64,000 nucleotides of DNA from Coniocarpon cinnabarinum (lineage: Eukaryota), in the NCBI GenBank assembly GCA_051942205.1, contig JAVECO010000101.1, positions 1-64,000 on the forward strand, written 5' to 3'. The translations under genes and the position numbers were made by a program. The notes under the pieces were generated by a model. That model was not told the DNA's origin. It ran no database searches and worked only from the letters and a program-made list of their open reading frames with translations. This document shows, in pieces, positions 1 through 10,824 of this stretch (positions are counted from its first letter, which is position 1; each line of letters begins with the position of its first letter).

Positions 1-2
1 GG

Positions 3-386
3 TTGGGAAAGGGGTGGGAGTATGGGTGGCAGGGCTGGGATAAGAGGATGGGAAGGAGGACGCGAACTGTAGGTTGTGGAAAGGTTTGTGAGGTAAGGAA
101 GGAGACTGGTGTTGAGGAGGCTGAAACAAGGGGAAATGAAGAAGAAGGCAAACATGAAGACAGCGAGGACACGGAGAAGTGGAATGGTGCATGTACGTTC
201 GTCGCGGCAAGTACGAGCGGCGCGAGCGCAAGTCTGAAACCAGCAGAGAAGGAAGCCATCTGGCGGCCATTAGGGGAGTGGGTGCAACTGCGGCGGCGGG
301 AAAGGGCGACTGCTGCTTCTGCCGCCGATTTGGAGAAGCAAGAGGACAATCCCAAGAGTGACGACGGGACTGAGGAAGCTGGATGA
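3..386 (+). CDS. Possible 3' end of a hypothetical protein running off the window start
   Basis: Frame open from the window edge to TGA at 384-386, convergent with noxA; no recognisable domain. Confidence 0.35.
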   Translation: MGKGWEYGWQGWDKRMGRRTRTVGCGKVCEVRKETGVEEAETRGNEEEGKHEDSEDTEKWNGACTFVAASTSGASASLKPAEKEAIWRPLGEWVQLRRRERATAASAADLEKQEDNPKSDDGTEEAG

Positions 387-646
387 GAATTTGCAAAGAT
401 TAATATACCATATGGAGGACACGGAGTGGATGACCGCATCAACCGGCAATTGTAAAGCATAGAGGGGGTACTTGAGTCAAGACCAGCTTTGATCAGTGCG
501 GATGAAGGCTAGACAGTGAGCTATCAAAAACCAGTGCATGATCAATGATGCATTCGTTCATTCATGCATAATCAAACACATCTTCCCATCACACATTGCC
601 ATCATACCCACATCCCATAGCTATCCAGGTAACACATGCCAGCACA

Positions 647-2420
647 CTAAAAATGCTCCTTCCAAAATCTAAACCTCACCTGTCCTCCATCCGCCTCTCG
701 ACAAGCCCGTCGCATATCCCTCGCGGCATGATTCGGCCCACAGAAATACACACCCACGTTGGTCTTGCCATGTCCTCTCTCCATAATCTTCCCTCGTTTC
801 CCCTCACCGACCCCATCCACCCTCTCGCCCAAATACCGTCCATCCAGAATTCCCTCCCGCATGCCGAGAAACAGTTTCTGGAAGTCGGGCCGGCCGAAAT
901 TTGTACGCGTGCTTAACTCTGTCAACGGATCTTTGTCCGTCCCTACTGAGTTCAGCACGATGTTCTGCGCTGTGTCCGCATCGACCTTGGCGGTAAGGTA
1001 GGTGTGGATCTTGAGAAACTCCTCGGGACGACCAGAGGCCGTGTCCTGCAATGCTTGCGCCTCAAGGGACGAGAGCAACGCCTGAAACCACTCAAATGAC
1101 GAAGTATCCTTGCACACCCAGATGAACTCGACCCGACGGAGACGCCTTGGCGGATTCGGCGAAGCGCGCATGTTGTAGATATTTTTGAGAATGGAAGCCC
1201 ATGGCGTGACACCGATGCCAGTACCAACAAGGACAGCGACGTCATTTTCGAAGACGTCTTCGGCGGGCGCGCCGTAAGGACCGTCAACGCGGATGGTAGG
1301 GGCGCCCGCTTCGCCAAGGTCGATCTCATAGATGCCCAGAGGATCGAGGGAGTTGTAGAGCGAGGCGTGTTCCGGGCCGGCGCCGAAGGCACTAGACAGA
1401 TCTTTGGTCCAGTCGCCGACTTGGCGGATGTGGACGGAGATGTAGGGGTCAAAGGGGCAGGAGGTAATGGTGAAGGGGTGCCATTGGGTGCGTGAGACGG
1501 AAGGACAGTTGAGGAAGAGCCATTGGCCTGGGCGGTAGGCGAAGCTGGGTTTGGTGAATTGCAGCTCGAGTGCGTCTAGATGTTTCAGTGTCAGTGAAAT
1601 CAACGAAGAGGAGGTCGTAAAGCCAATGTGGTACGGAAGAAAGAGATGCAAACTCACCATATGGATGTCGTATCACCTTGACGACTTCGGTCTTCTGTCT
1701 AGAGCGAATCTCGCGGTAGACCCGCTCACACAAGTAGATGAAGCCGCCCACGAGCTCCCACCGCCATCCCTCATAACCTAGACAGTGATTCCAGAATGGA
1801 CTGCCAGCGAATGGACTTTCAGGCGCTGGTGAATCTCGAACAAAGCAGCCTGTTGCGTGTGTGTACATGGCTAACAGGAATGGTATAAACAAGTGGTGAC
1901 TGTACCAGAACGTCTCATAGCTTTGACTTCGAATCTTCGCGTGGGCCGTCGTATACATGATGAGCATACACACAATCATGACATGCCCCGTGATCCCGCC
2001 AGCCTGAGTGTAATTGATCTGTATAGCAGCCTCTGGACGGATCTGGAAGCGCTCCACATTGAAGAAATTTACATAATGGCTCGTCGTGTGCACAATCGTC
2101 CAGAGTAGAATTGAGTACGCACACTGCCGGTGGAAGTACTGCGTCTCGTCGAGCGGCAGAGAGCGCATCTTCGGCCGCAGCCATGTCATGAGGTTGCGAC
2201 ACATCGGTAAAAGGATAATGGTGACATCCACAGCAAGATTGAGCGCCGCGCCACGGGAGATCCAGACGGACCAGTTGAGCTTGTTGAGACCAGCGAGGCG
2301 GTCATTTGCAGCCTGCACGTGCCAGCCGACAATGAATATGCCGAGATGAGCGCCATGGAAGAGAAGATAGAAGAGAATCTTTGGAAGCGTGAACTGTTTT
2401 CGCCAGTGCTCGAGAGACAT
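647..2420 (-). CDS. noxA: NADPH oxidase catalytic subunit NoxA/Nox1 (gp91phox homolog), 2 exons (2420-1658, 1575-647), ~563 aa
   Basis: Ferric reductase TM region with heme His residues (YFHRQ..IVHTTSH, YSHHLF..YTHA), FAD motif HPFT, NADPH motifs DGPYG, VGTGIGVTP, YFCGP, C-terminal KEHF. Intron GTGAGT(1657)..CTGAC..TAG(1576) joins HPY-G/AC-ALE. No NoxB-type N-terminal extension. Confidence 0.95.
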
Positions 2421-3993
2421 GATGGTCGTTATGTGAGTTGGCTGCCCTCGAGGGGCTGCCAAAATTGAGGAGGAACGCAATACCTCCTAGGCGCTGGAGG
2501 TGTCCTGCTTGAAGATGCTATCTCGAAACTTAGCTATGTAAATCAGGTTTCGGCTGAGGGTTGAAGGTTCCTCGCCTTAGCTCGGCACGTTCTTGCAGTT
2601 CGAGATTCGAGTCAATACAGTCGGCGCTTGGGGCGAGGCGAATCTGAGCTTTTTCTGGATCTGCAGGGAAGTTTTGGAATATGTTCAAGGACGGCGCTTG
2701 GTTGGGATACGAGATGAAACGTATGTATGCACTGCAGTTGATACCTTCGACGGGTGCGGAAAGGCTGAAGCGACTTTGAATGCGCAGTATGAGGTCAATC
2801 AATCCGTCTTTCTGTCACTCGGATGCACAATGGGCCAGCGCCCGTGTCTGCTGTCGATCAAGCGTGGAGACGAGCACGCAACTTTGTGCAGAAGGTGGTT
2901 GCAACATTCAAGGACTCTGAAAAGCACGTAGTCTGGACAGCTGCGTGAGAGACTGGCAAGCCAGAGACAGGGACGGCGCTGCATGGACGTGATTGGCGTG
3001 GGACGGGATGCAGCCCAAAGTAGGCCCGGCGGCTGTCGATAACCTAAATTCTGGGCTGTTCACACCTCACAACCACTGACAGCCCATTTGCGCACAGGAC
3101 GTCCGTGCTGAGCTGGATGCAGCAGGAGAGCAGCAACACTCAATACTTCGGTCTTCGTGACGGACCCTGCGTGCTCTAGTTCCTGTCCGTGACTGCAGGC
3201 TCGTTTGCGTCGAAGTTGCTGTAAGGTTGTCAGGCACCTCGCAATGATGGTCGTTAGCTCCCGTTGAGATGGCAGTAGTGACCCATTTGCCTGACCCAGA
3301 TCGCGGGAGGCAGATGCGCGCAGGTGGCACAGCAATTAAACATGTTGAAACAGCGTCCTCTTGCGGGCGAGCCTGCCCCAGAGGAGAAGGGGAGCGACTC
3401 GACCTGAGGCTGGGGAGGTGAAGGGCATAACTGGAAAGAGCCTAGTGCGTGGAGTACGCAGGGCAGGGTCCGGTTGGTATCCCCATTGATTGGCCAGCAG
3501 GTCACGACCCGCTTTGTGATCCCCGCCACAGTGCAGCCACTCACACACTTGCAATGTGCCAGACCTGCAACCGCTGACTCGACCTCGGCGCTTAAACCAC
3601 AACCATGCACTGTCGTTCACTGTTTCCTCTGCGCTCACGGCGAGATCTATCGTCGGCGACCGTGCGCTCTCTCTTTCGCCTCCGCAAGCTGGTCCCTGGC
3701 GAGGCCGCTGAAGCTAAAGCGGCCAAAAGCCACCGTGCTTCTCGGCTCTTGAGCCTGCAACGCCATTCAAGAGTGATTCTCCCATCCATCACACGCTTTC
3801 TGCATTGCTTGCATCTCGTCCCTCGCTAGTGCATTTGCGCTCTCTCGTTCTCTCTTGCATCTGGAGGCACTGCTGCTGCTGCTCATTCTTTCCTCGGTTC
3901 GCTGCTTGTCCCCTGCCATGCGTCGTCTTATACAATAGCAGAGTCGTGTCAACCCGAAGACCTCTGTCTTCATTGCTCTGCAGCGCGGCAACC
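2421..3993. promoter_or_regulatory. Divergent noxA/noxD intergenic region with CGGCGCTT motifs at 2622, 2692 and 3586
   Basis: Motifs read directly; they resemble the GGCGCTTA consensus I recall for the PRO1/ProA/ADV-1 Zn2Cys6 factors. Confidence 0.55.
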
Positions 3994-4491
3994 ATGGGCA
4001 AGCTGATTAAGAATCATCTTGCTCGCTTGGTCTGCCTCACTGCCGCCATCTGTACGTTGGACATTGCCAGCAACGACTCAGTCCGTGTCAACCATTAACA
4101 GCATCCTCTAGATCAGGCATGGGCTGCTCTTCATGGCTTCTTCTGGCCCAAGGTCTTCTTCGACTGGGCGACCGTCAATCTCAATCCTATTGTCAAACCC
4201 ATTCCTGTCCTGCAGATCGTCAACATGGTCTGCGGCTTCTTCATCCTCGCACTTGAATACCCTCTGCCCCTCCTCGCCGGCACGGGACTACACAAAAGCA
4301 TCGAAGCGCGACTGGCGCTCTATCCTGCGGTCGCATTACTGGCAGCATTACTTTACCAGGCCACAGACGCGGCTGGCTTCTACATCATTGGCATAGCGAT
4401 TTGGTTTTGGGCATATACCGAGGGCGAGGTCGTGTGTCGGACGCCGTGGACCTTGCCCAGGAAGGGCCGGAAATTGGAAGGCAATGTTTGA
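3994..4491 (+). CDS. noxD: NoxD/Pro41/HAM-6 (fungal p22phox-like subunit), 2 exons (3994-4051, 4112-4491), 145 aa
   Basis: Spliced product MGKLIKNHLARLVCLTAAIYQAWAALHGFFWPK...VKPIPVLQ...LEYPL...WAYTEGEVVCRTPWTLP matches the Pro41/NoxD family pattern. Intron GTACGT(4052)..TTAAC..TAG(4111). Confidence 0.92.
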
Positions 4492-4840
4492 ACGATTCTC
4501 TGAATATCTACTCAACATGTTTACGACTTAATGATAAAGTATGCGTGTAAGAAACGGAGGCATGAGGCATCACTTGTATATACGTCGCCAAGCTTGCAGA
4601 CGGACCATTGACTGGGCGTCTCAGACCATCAATCTTAAAAATGAAAGCGGCATTCAGTACCGTATTACCTCTTGTGACAACATGCCACAATGTGTGCGCT
4701 AGCATCTCTGGCATTGCTGGTATTCCTATGCTACAAGCCTCCACAACAATACACGGAGAGCAATTCTAAGAGTGCTATGCTAACCTTCGCTATGCTTCAA
4801 GACGACATCGAACACTGATGGGAGATGGTGACAAGGAAAT

Positions 4841-7800
4841 CTACCTCCGAATACCGAATTCGGATCCTTTTTTCTTCTTCTTTTTCTCTTGAGCGCTTCT
4901 GGGCGGCACCCAGGTGATATCTCTTAACTCCCAGGCCTTGAATCTGATCATGTAGTCGTCGCAACCACCAGGACAGGCGTTTCCATCTTCATCCACGTCA
5001 CGAAAGACAGGTTTGTCTTGAGGCAGTGGATTTGATGCAAAGTGATCCAGGAGTTGCTCTCTTGCTGCTGGGTCAATACCCTCTGGATTCGACTTTCTGC
5101 GGTCAAGCCGGGTGTCAGTCTGGGCAGTACCGGTCGAGTCAACCTCATTTGCAATGACTGGCTTTATGCTAGGCGTGGCAGATTGCGGCGTTTCCGGCCG
5201 TTCGGTGCGATCCATAGCCTTCTCGCCAAAGTCCGCATCGTCAGCCTGCAGTTCTTCTTTTTGCGCCTCTTTAGCTGCCTCTTGATCTTCTCTGTCTTCA
5301 GCTTGTTGCAGCATCCGAGTGCTGCCGCCACCGAAAACTTTGTCGATAGCCGCGTCCGTGTCTTCATTACCGTCGTTTGCGCCGAGTTTATTGAAGTACT
5401 CCGTGGTGAAATCGCCCTCTTGAATGACAACATCGTCTAACATCCGTTTCTGGTTTGACTTCTTCAGGATGTTCGCTTCAATCGTGCCTTCAGACACAAA
5501 ACGGTATATATGAACGTCACGGGTTTGTCCAATACGATGACATCTGTCCTGACACTGTTTATCCATGGCCGGGTTCCAGTCCAAGTCGTAAAAGATGACT
5601 GTATCTGCACCAGTCAGGTTGATGCCGAGGCCCCCGGAGCGCGAGCTTGATATGAATGCAAGGATCCGCGTGTCGGTGTTGAAACGCTCGGTGATGATTT
5701 GGCGCTGCTCGATCTTGGTGGCGCCGTCCAATCTCAAATAACGGTGTCCATGTAGGTTCATGAACTGCTCTAGAATGTCAAGCACCTTTGTCATTTGTGT
5801 GAAGATGACAGCCCGGTGACCTCCACTCTGAAGCTTTCGAAGTAGCCTATCCAGTTGTTGCAGCTTGCCACAGTCATATTGAATAAGCGACTTGTCAGGA
5901 AAAGCGATAGAGAGTCGGACTCGCACTTCGTGAAAAGCGTCACGTCGCGAAGTGTTGTCAGATGCTTGTATCAAGTCCATTCCATAGTCCGTCAAGGTGA
6001 ATCGCGACATTCCTGGAGCCGTGACATTGGGGGTGGTACAGCAGAACCTTGAGATTAAAGGCTCCATCATGGAACTGCGCACGTCTATGTCCTGAACTAG
6101 ATTGCGGAGAACAGAAGAGCTGTCCAGGAAAGCCTCTCTTTTTGCTTTCATCGACGAGAAACCAGGCGAGCAGATGAAAGGTAGATCCTTCAGACGGAGG
6201 CGGCCCAGTAATCCTTCGCTATAAATGGGTCTTGCTCGCATACGGTGGTTGTTGACATGACGAAGGTGGTGGACAGCTCCAAAAGATAGATGCTGCTGGT
6301 TAGCAAGAACGGCGCCGAACGCAGAAGTCAGCAGAGCGTCGTCGTGTGAGGATATGTCGACATCAGTTGACTTGGCCAGCACAGACGAGAGCGCGCCGTC
6401 GGCATTGAGTTGTCTGGCTTGTACAGTCGCGAACGACGTGGTGTTATCTTGCCAGAGATTGATCAAGTTTTGATCAGATTGTGCTCCCCCGTCTTGGAGA
6501 AGCCGCTTTCGAATCAACAACTCTTTAACGTCGTAGTCAGCAACAACGGATTTTGGCATCGCAAATGAAGTGACGATTTGCCGAGTCTCGAACAGGTCGG
6601 GATGATTGCACACTTTCCGCAGTTGCATCAAGCAGTTGATAATGGACATGTAATTCCCAGACGCGAAGCTGTCCCGCGTACCTGCAAGTCCCATGTACCC
6701 GTCATATAGCTGACGCTGGCGCTTTGACAGGCGACAGATGGTGACATGCTCATACTTTTTTGGCATTTGTTTTTCCACGTCAGCCTTGAGTCTCCGCAGC
6801 AGATGAGGTCGCAGAACCTGATGAAGCTTGGACACTATCTCAATGCCTTCCTTGTCCAAAGCTCCGCGTCCGTTCTCTAGGATTTGATCGACAGGTCGAT
6901 GAAAAACTTTGCTGAATTGAGTCAGATCGCCGAAGCTCGTCCCGCCCTCTTCGTCCTGCTCGGGAGCAAGGAAGAAAAGAAGCGACCATAATTCTGCAAG
7001 ATTGTTCTGAAGAGGTGTGCCAGTAAGAAGTAAACGAGCTTCACTTCTGAAACTGAGCAACGTCTGCCACCGCTGGGACTTGTGATTCTTGATGTTGTGT
7101 GCCTCGTCTAGAACCAGATAATGCCATCTGCGGCGCTTCAGAACCGCTTGATCCGAAATCGCGAGTTGATATGAAGTGATGACCACGTTCCATTTGTCGT
7201 CATTCTTCCAGCCCTTGCGCTTCTCTTTGCGTTCATCTTGGGATCCATAATATGGGAGGACCTTGAATCCAGGCAGGAACTTCTTGAACTCGATTTCCCA
7301 ATTCAGGATAACGCTAGTTGGGACTACAATGAGATGCGGACCCCAGACATGATGGCGAGTAGCAAGGTGCGCAAGCAGGGCAATAGTTTGAAATGTCTTC
7401 CCCAAGCCCATCTCGTCGGCGAGAATGCCGTTCGTTGCATTGCCGTACATTCCTGCAAGCCATTCGAAGCCCGCATGTTGATAGGGTCGAAGGTTTCCTC
7501 GAATCAATGGCGGTATCTCCAGCTGAGGCTCAGCGTTCTGATGTGTGTAGTTCAGTAGATCGTTAAGGTCAGCACCTCCAGTAGCTTGGGTTTGGACGTT
7601 GCCCAGCTTTTTGTGTCGATCATCCTTCTCGTCACTAGGTTCCTTGACGCTTGCCGGCCGACTCTGATGCAGCACTGGCCCATCGGCACGAGCAGGTGAT
7701 GCGTTTGAAGGGGTGCGCAATTTCTCAGTCGGCGTGTCACTTGGCTCTTTCAACGCTAAACCAGCCGTCGTTGGCTTGTCCACCGTTGGTTTTTCATTGT

Positions 7801-9805
7801 GTGGTGATGCCTCGTCTGATTGGTTTCTTTGTGCACGCAGGTGGCCGATCTCATCGTTTGTAAGAAAGCCAAGCAAGCCCGATCTGGGATCTTGCTCGGC
7901 CTCTGACTCTGCTTCGGAATTCGCATCATCATCTTCACCGTTAGAGCCTTCGCTTTCATCTTCAGTTATAGTTCCTGAGCTGTCGCTATCTTCGTCCTGG
8001 TCATCAAGTAAGATGTCGTCAACGTGGTCTAAATCTGGCATTAATTCGTCCTTTACGTTCTCATCCTCATGCCCAAGGTCCTTTAATGATCCTACTTCAT
8101 TGCTGATGTCGTCTTCGAGCTTCTCTGACTCTGTTTCAGGCTCTGCGTGCGACCCCGACTCGTCTTGTATCTCTGGCAATCCAGTGTATTTTGCGCGAAG
8201 TTCCTCAATCGTGAGGTCGGCATCCGGGTTGTCTTCTGTTTCGTCTGTAGTGCTAGATGAATCACCATCCTCGTCATTCTCGTGTTCATCTTCCTCTCTA
8301 GTCAAATTCTCATCGTCGCTCTCTGGACTTCCAGGAGGACTAACATTGGAAATATTGTCCTCGTTTTCAGATACTGTGTGAGAAACGGAATCTTGCTCAT
8401 CGGGTTCTCTGTCCCACTCAACTGCGCTTTGATGATGGTGATGTGCACTTCTGGCCGTCAAAAGACCTTCTGAGCGATCGACCAAAAGTTTCATCCGTTC
8501 TCGGCCTGCCGCAGCCTCTTGATCGAAGTACTCCTGCTTTTTCAATTCCATGATCTTTTGCGAAGCCATTTCCAGGTGACCTCTGAGCTGTTTTAGGACA
8601 GTTCGTAGTCGCTCTTCATTTCTGGCGCGAGCTTCGGCTTCCAGCTCTTCTGATGTCTTTGGCATTTTCGCGCGAACAGCAGTGGCCGCAGCTTGCGCCA
8701 ACCTCTTCGCAACAATCCTGTGCTCCCTACCTTCTCGTTGCATGCGCTGTCGCAAGTCTTTGGCGTGAAGTACCAGATAGTCCATGTGCGTATGACCTTT
8801 CGAAGGCTCTTCACAAGGTTGCGCCTCAATCACGGTGGAGTCTTTGCTCAGCGGACCACCGGGCTTGCTTGCCTCAATCAGACGAAGTCGGACCTTGGCC
8901 TCCTGAACTGCTTCTTTTTCCGTGGGTGCACGTTCTTCTTCACCCTCCAAAGGATCGTCATCTTTTAGCCAGCTCTTCAACGATTCGTGCTTTCGGTTGA
9001 CCGCCATATTGCTGGGATTCAGGATTGGGACTGACCGAGGACCAAGTCGTAACATGATTCGAGGGGTATCTGCTGCGAGGGTTTGGCGCTTTCGTAAGCG
9101 TTGATCGCGCTGTGCGACATCCACGTTGGCATTCGAAGTCACACTAGTTTCTTCCATGCGACTAGAGAGCCGCTGTGAGCTGCGTTGCGATGCTTCGTGA
9201 CGCGGCAATCTTCGCTGCTGAGATGGAGACTTGAACTTGTCATCTTGATAGTCCGAATTTGAAGTTGCTGCCTTGGGATACGAGGTGCCATCCAGAGATG
9301 ATATGTTGCCTTTACGTGTCGCATGGTAGGGTCCGAGCCTATTCACCGTCCGTTGCTTTCCACCTCTTAGGGGTGTCTCACCATTGCGGAGTCCACCTAC
9401 GTCATCTTGATATTTGCTGTACTCTCCCCGAGTCTGCCTCTTCGTGCCTTGTGGTTGCAGCTCAAGAGGGATCACATTCCTTCGCCCAGACTTTCTCCTA
9501 CCATCTTCCGTCTTGAAGGATGTGGGGCCATCTGCGCTGAAGCTTTTCCAAGGAGGTGATATCTTCTTAGACTTAGGAGATCGAGTGTCAGAGAATTTGC
9601 GCTTTCTGCCCCGTGCCGGAGATGAAGGAGTTTGGGGATGGCCATTCAACTCGTGACTAATTTCCTCTTCGCTCTTCTCCACATTAGATGTGCCTGATGC
9701 AAGTGTGCCGGTGATGAGGTCGCCATTGGGGCCGTTGTGAGTTGTGGCGAGATCGGACGATGGATTGGCATTGTCTTCATCGTGAGGTGAGATGCCGTTG
9801 TGCAT
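4841..9805 (-). CDS. SWR1: SWR1 chromatin-remodelling ATPase (H2A.Z deposition), intronless
   Basis: HSA-like region (THMDYL...REHRIVAKRLA), acidic tract, split SNF2 ATPase (GILADEMGLGKT, DEAHNIKN, LTGTPLQNNL, MQLRKVCNHPDLF, YDCGKLQ, QCQDRCHRIGQTRDVHIYR). First ATG at 9805. Confidence 0.93.
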   Translation of the reverse strand: MHNGISPHDEDNANPSSDLATTHNGPNGDLITGTLASGTSNVEKSEEEISHELNGHPQTPSSPARGRKRKFSDTRSPKSKKISPPWKSFSADGPTSFKTEDGRRKSGRRNVIPLELQPQGTKRQTRGEYSKYQDDVGGLRNGETPLRGGKQRTVNRLGPYHATRKGNISSLDGTSYPKAATSNSDYQDDKFKSPSQQRRLPRHEASQRSSQRLSSRMEETSVTSNANVDVAQRDQRLRKRQTLAADTPRIMLRLGPRSVPILNPSNMAVNRKHESLKSWLKDDDPLEGEEERAPTEKEAVQEAKVRLRLIEASKPGGPLSKDSTVIEAQPCEEPSKGHTHMDYLVLHAKDLRQRMQREGREHRIVAKRLAQAAATAVRAKMPKTSEELEAEARARNEERLRTVLKQLRGHLEMASQKIMELKKQEYFDQEAAAGRERMKLLVDRSEGLLTARSAHHHHQSAVEWDREPDEQDSVSHTVSENEDNISNVSPPGSPESDDENLTREEDEHENDEDGDSSSTTDETEDNPDADLTIEELRAKYTGLPEIQDESGSHAEPETESEKLEDDISNEVGSLKDLGHEDENVKDELMPDLDHVDDILLDDQDEDSDSSGTITEDESEGSNGEDDDANSEAESEAEQDPRSGLLGFLTNDEIGHLRAQRNQSDEASPHNEKPTVDKPTTAGLALKEPSDTPTEKLRTPSNASPARADGPVLHQSRPASVKEPSDEKDDRHKKLGNVQTQATGGADLNDLLNYTHQNAEPQLEIPPLIRGNLRPYQHAGFEWLAGMYGNATNGILADEMGLGKTFQTIALLAHLATRHHVWGPHLIVVPTSVILNWEIEFKKFLPGFKVLPYYGSQDERKEKRKGWKNDDKWNVVITSYQLAISDQAVLKRRRWHYLVLDEAHNIKNHKSQRWQTLLSFRSEARLLLTGTPLQNNLAELWSLLFFLAPEQDEEGGTSFGDLTQFSKVFHRPVDQILENGRGALDKEGIEIVSKLHQVLRPHLLRRLKADVEKQMPKKYEHVTICRLSKRQRQLYDGYMGLAGTRDSFASGNYMSIINCLMQLRKVCNHPDLFETRQIVTSFAMPKSVVADYDVKELLIRKRLLQDGGAQSDQNLINLWQDNTTSFATVQARQLNADGALSSVLAKSTDVDISSHDDALLTSAFGAVLANQQHLSFGAVHHLRHVNNHRMRARPIYSEGLLGRLRLKDLPFICSPGFSSMKAKREAFLDSSSVLRNLVQDIDVRSSMMEPLISRFCCTTPNVTAPGMSRFTLTDYGMDLIQASDNTSRRDAFHEVRVRLSIAFPDKSLIQYDCGKLQQLDRLLRKLQSGGHRAVIFTQMTKVLDILEQFMNLHGHRYLRLDGATKIEQRQIITERFNTDTRILAFISSSRSGGLGINLTGADTVIFYDLDWNPAMDKQCQDRCHRIGQTRDVHIYRFVSEGTIEANILKKSNQKRMLDDVVIQEGDFTTEYFNKLGANDGNEDTDAAIDKVFGGGSTRMLQQAEDREDQEAAKEAQKEELQADDADFGEKAMDRTERPETPQSATPSIKPVIANEVDSTGTAQTDTRLDRRKSNPEGIDPAAREQLLDHFASNPLPQDKPVFRDVDEDGNACPGGCDDYMIRFKAWELRDITWVPPRSAQEKKKKKKGSEFGIRR

Positions 9806-10185
9806 GGACAAAAGCACGCGAGGCAGTTGGGACTACCCAAGGCGCAACGGAGGACAAGCAGGGACGAAAATCACGAGCGCTTTGTGGGACCTTCAATTTC
9901 ATGTCTTGTAGATCTCGATTACGGAGTGACCTGGGCTTCTAGAATTGAGCTTCGCCGTAAGATTGATTAAGGTGATGAAGTTTTGAGTCGGAGGGTGGAC
10001 GAATGACACGCGAAGAGCCGGAACGCCGCTAAAATGTAATGGGATGTGCACCTGTTTCCAGTCTTGGGAAGCCGTGATGGTTTTCACGTCTCGACTGACC
10101 GCAAAACGCAGCTGTTCCCCCAACGGCTTTGAGGGGCCCTGTGATTTACAGGACAGTAACACGACGTCTGTCCTGAGGACGCAAA

Positions 10186-10824
10186 ATGGTTCGTTATTCC
10201 TGAGGAGGGAGGGTACTGAAATAGGTGGCTGACTTCCCCGCGCAGAGTCTCTACAGAGGCTTACGAGCTTTGAGACCGCCGTCGCGAACCCCAATCATTC
10301 GACCAATCTTCTTGCAGGTCCGCCATGCCTCAGTCTTTCAGAATGATCCGAGTGTCACGGATCCAAATATGGTGCGCTGAAATCTGCGGCACACAAAATT
10401 ATATTTGGATTAATGATGAGATACAGAATGGAGGCTATGTCAACCCGCCGCCCGTCAAGCGCGCTCTGCGGGACCCATATGGCGACTGGTGGGACAAGCA
10501 AGAACGACGCAACTTCGGAGAGCCTATCCACGAAGACAACGACATGCTCGCTGTCTTTTCTCCGGAGCCTTACACCCATGCTCCGCCTGGCCGCGCTGCT
10601 TTTCATCTTCTCGTCTTCGTTGCTGGTGTATTTGGATTATGTGGAGTGGTATACATGTACTACCCAGACAGGCCGTCTGCGCCGCGAACATGGAGTGACG
10701 GCCTCGGCAATCAGCTGGGCGGTGAAAGAGCGAAGCTGGTATGTGCTGAACGAGAGACCTTGACAACTCCTTCTTGCCTAACTAGGAACAACAGGCCAGG
10801 ACGCCAGAGGAGGACATATCATAG
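10186..10824 (+). CDS. NDUFB8: NADH:ubiquinone oxidoreductase subunit B8/ASHI, 4 exons (10186-10188, 10246-10371, 10427-10738, 10795-10824), ~156 aa
   Basis: Spliced MSLYRGLRALRPP...(presequence-like)...DPNMNGGYVNPPPVKRALRDPYGDWWDKQERRNFGEPIHEDND, one TM helix. Three GT..CAG introns restore the frame. Confidence 0.88.
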
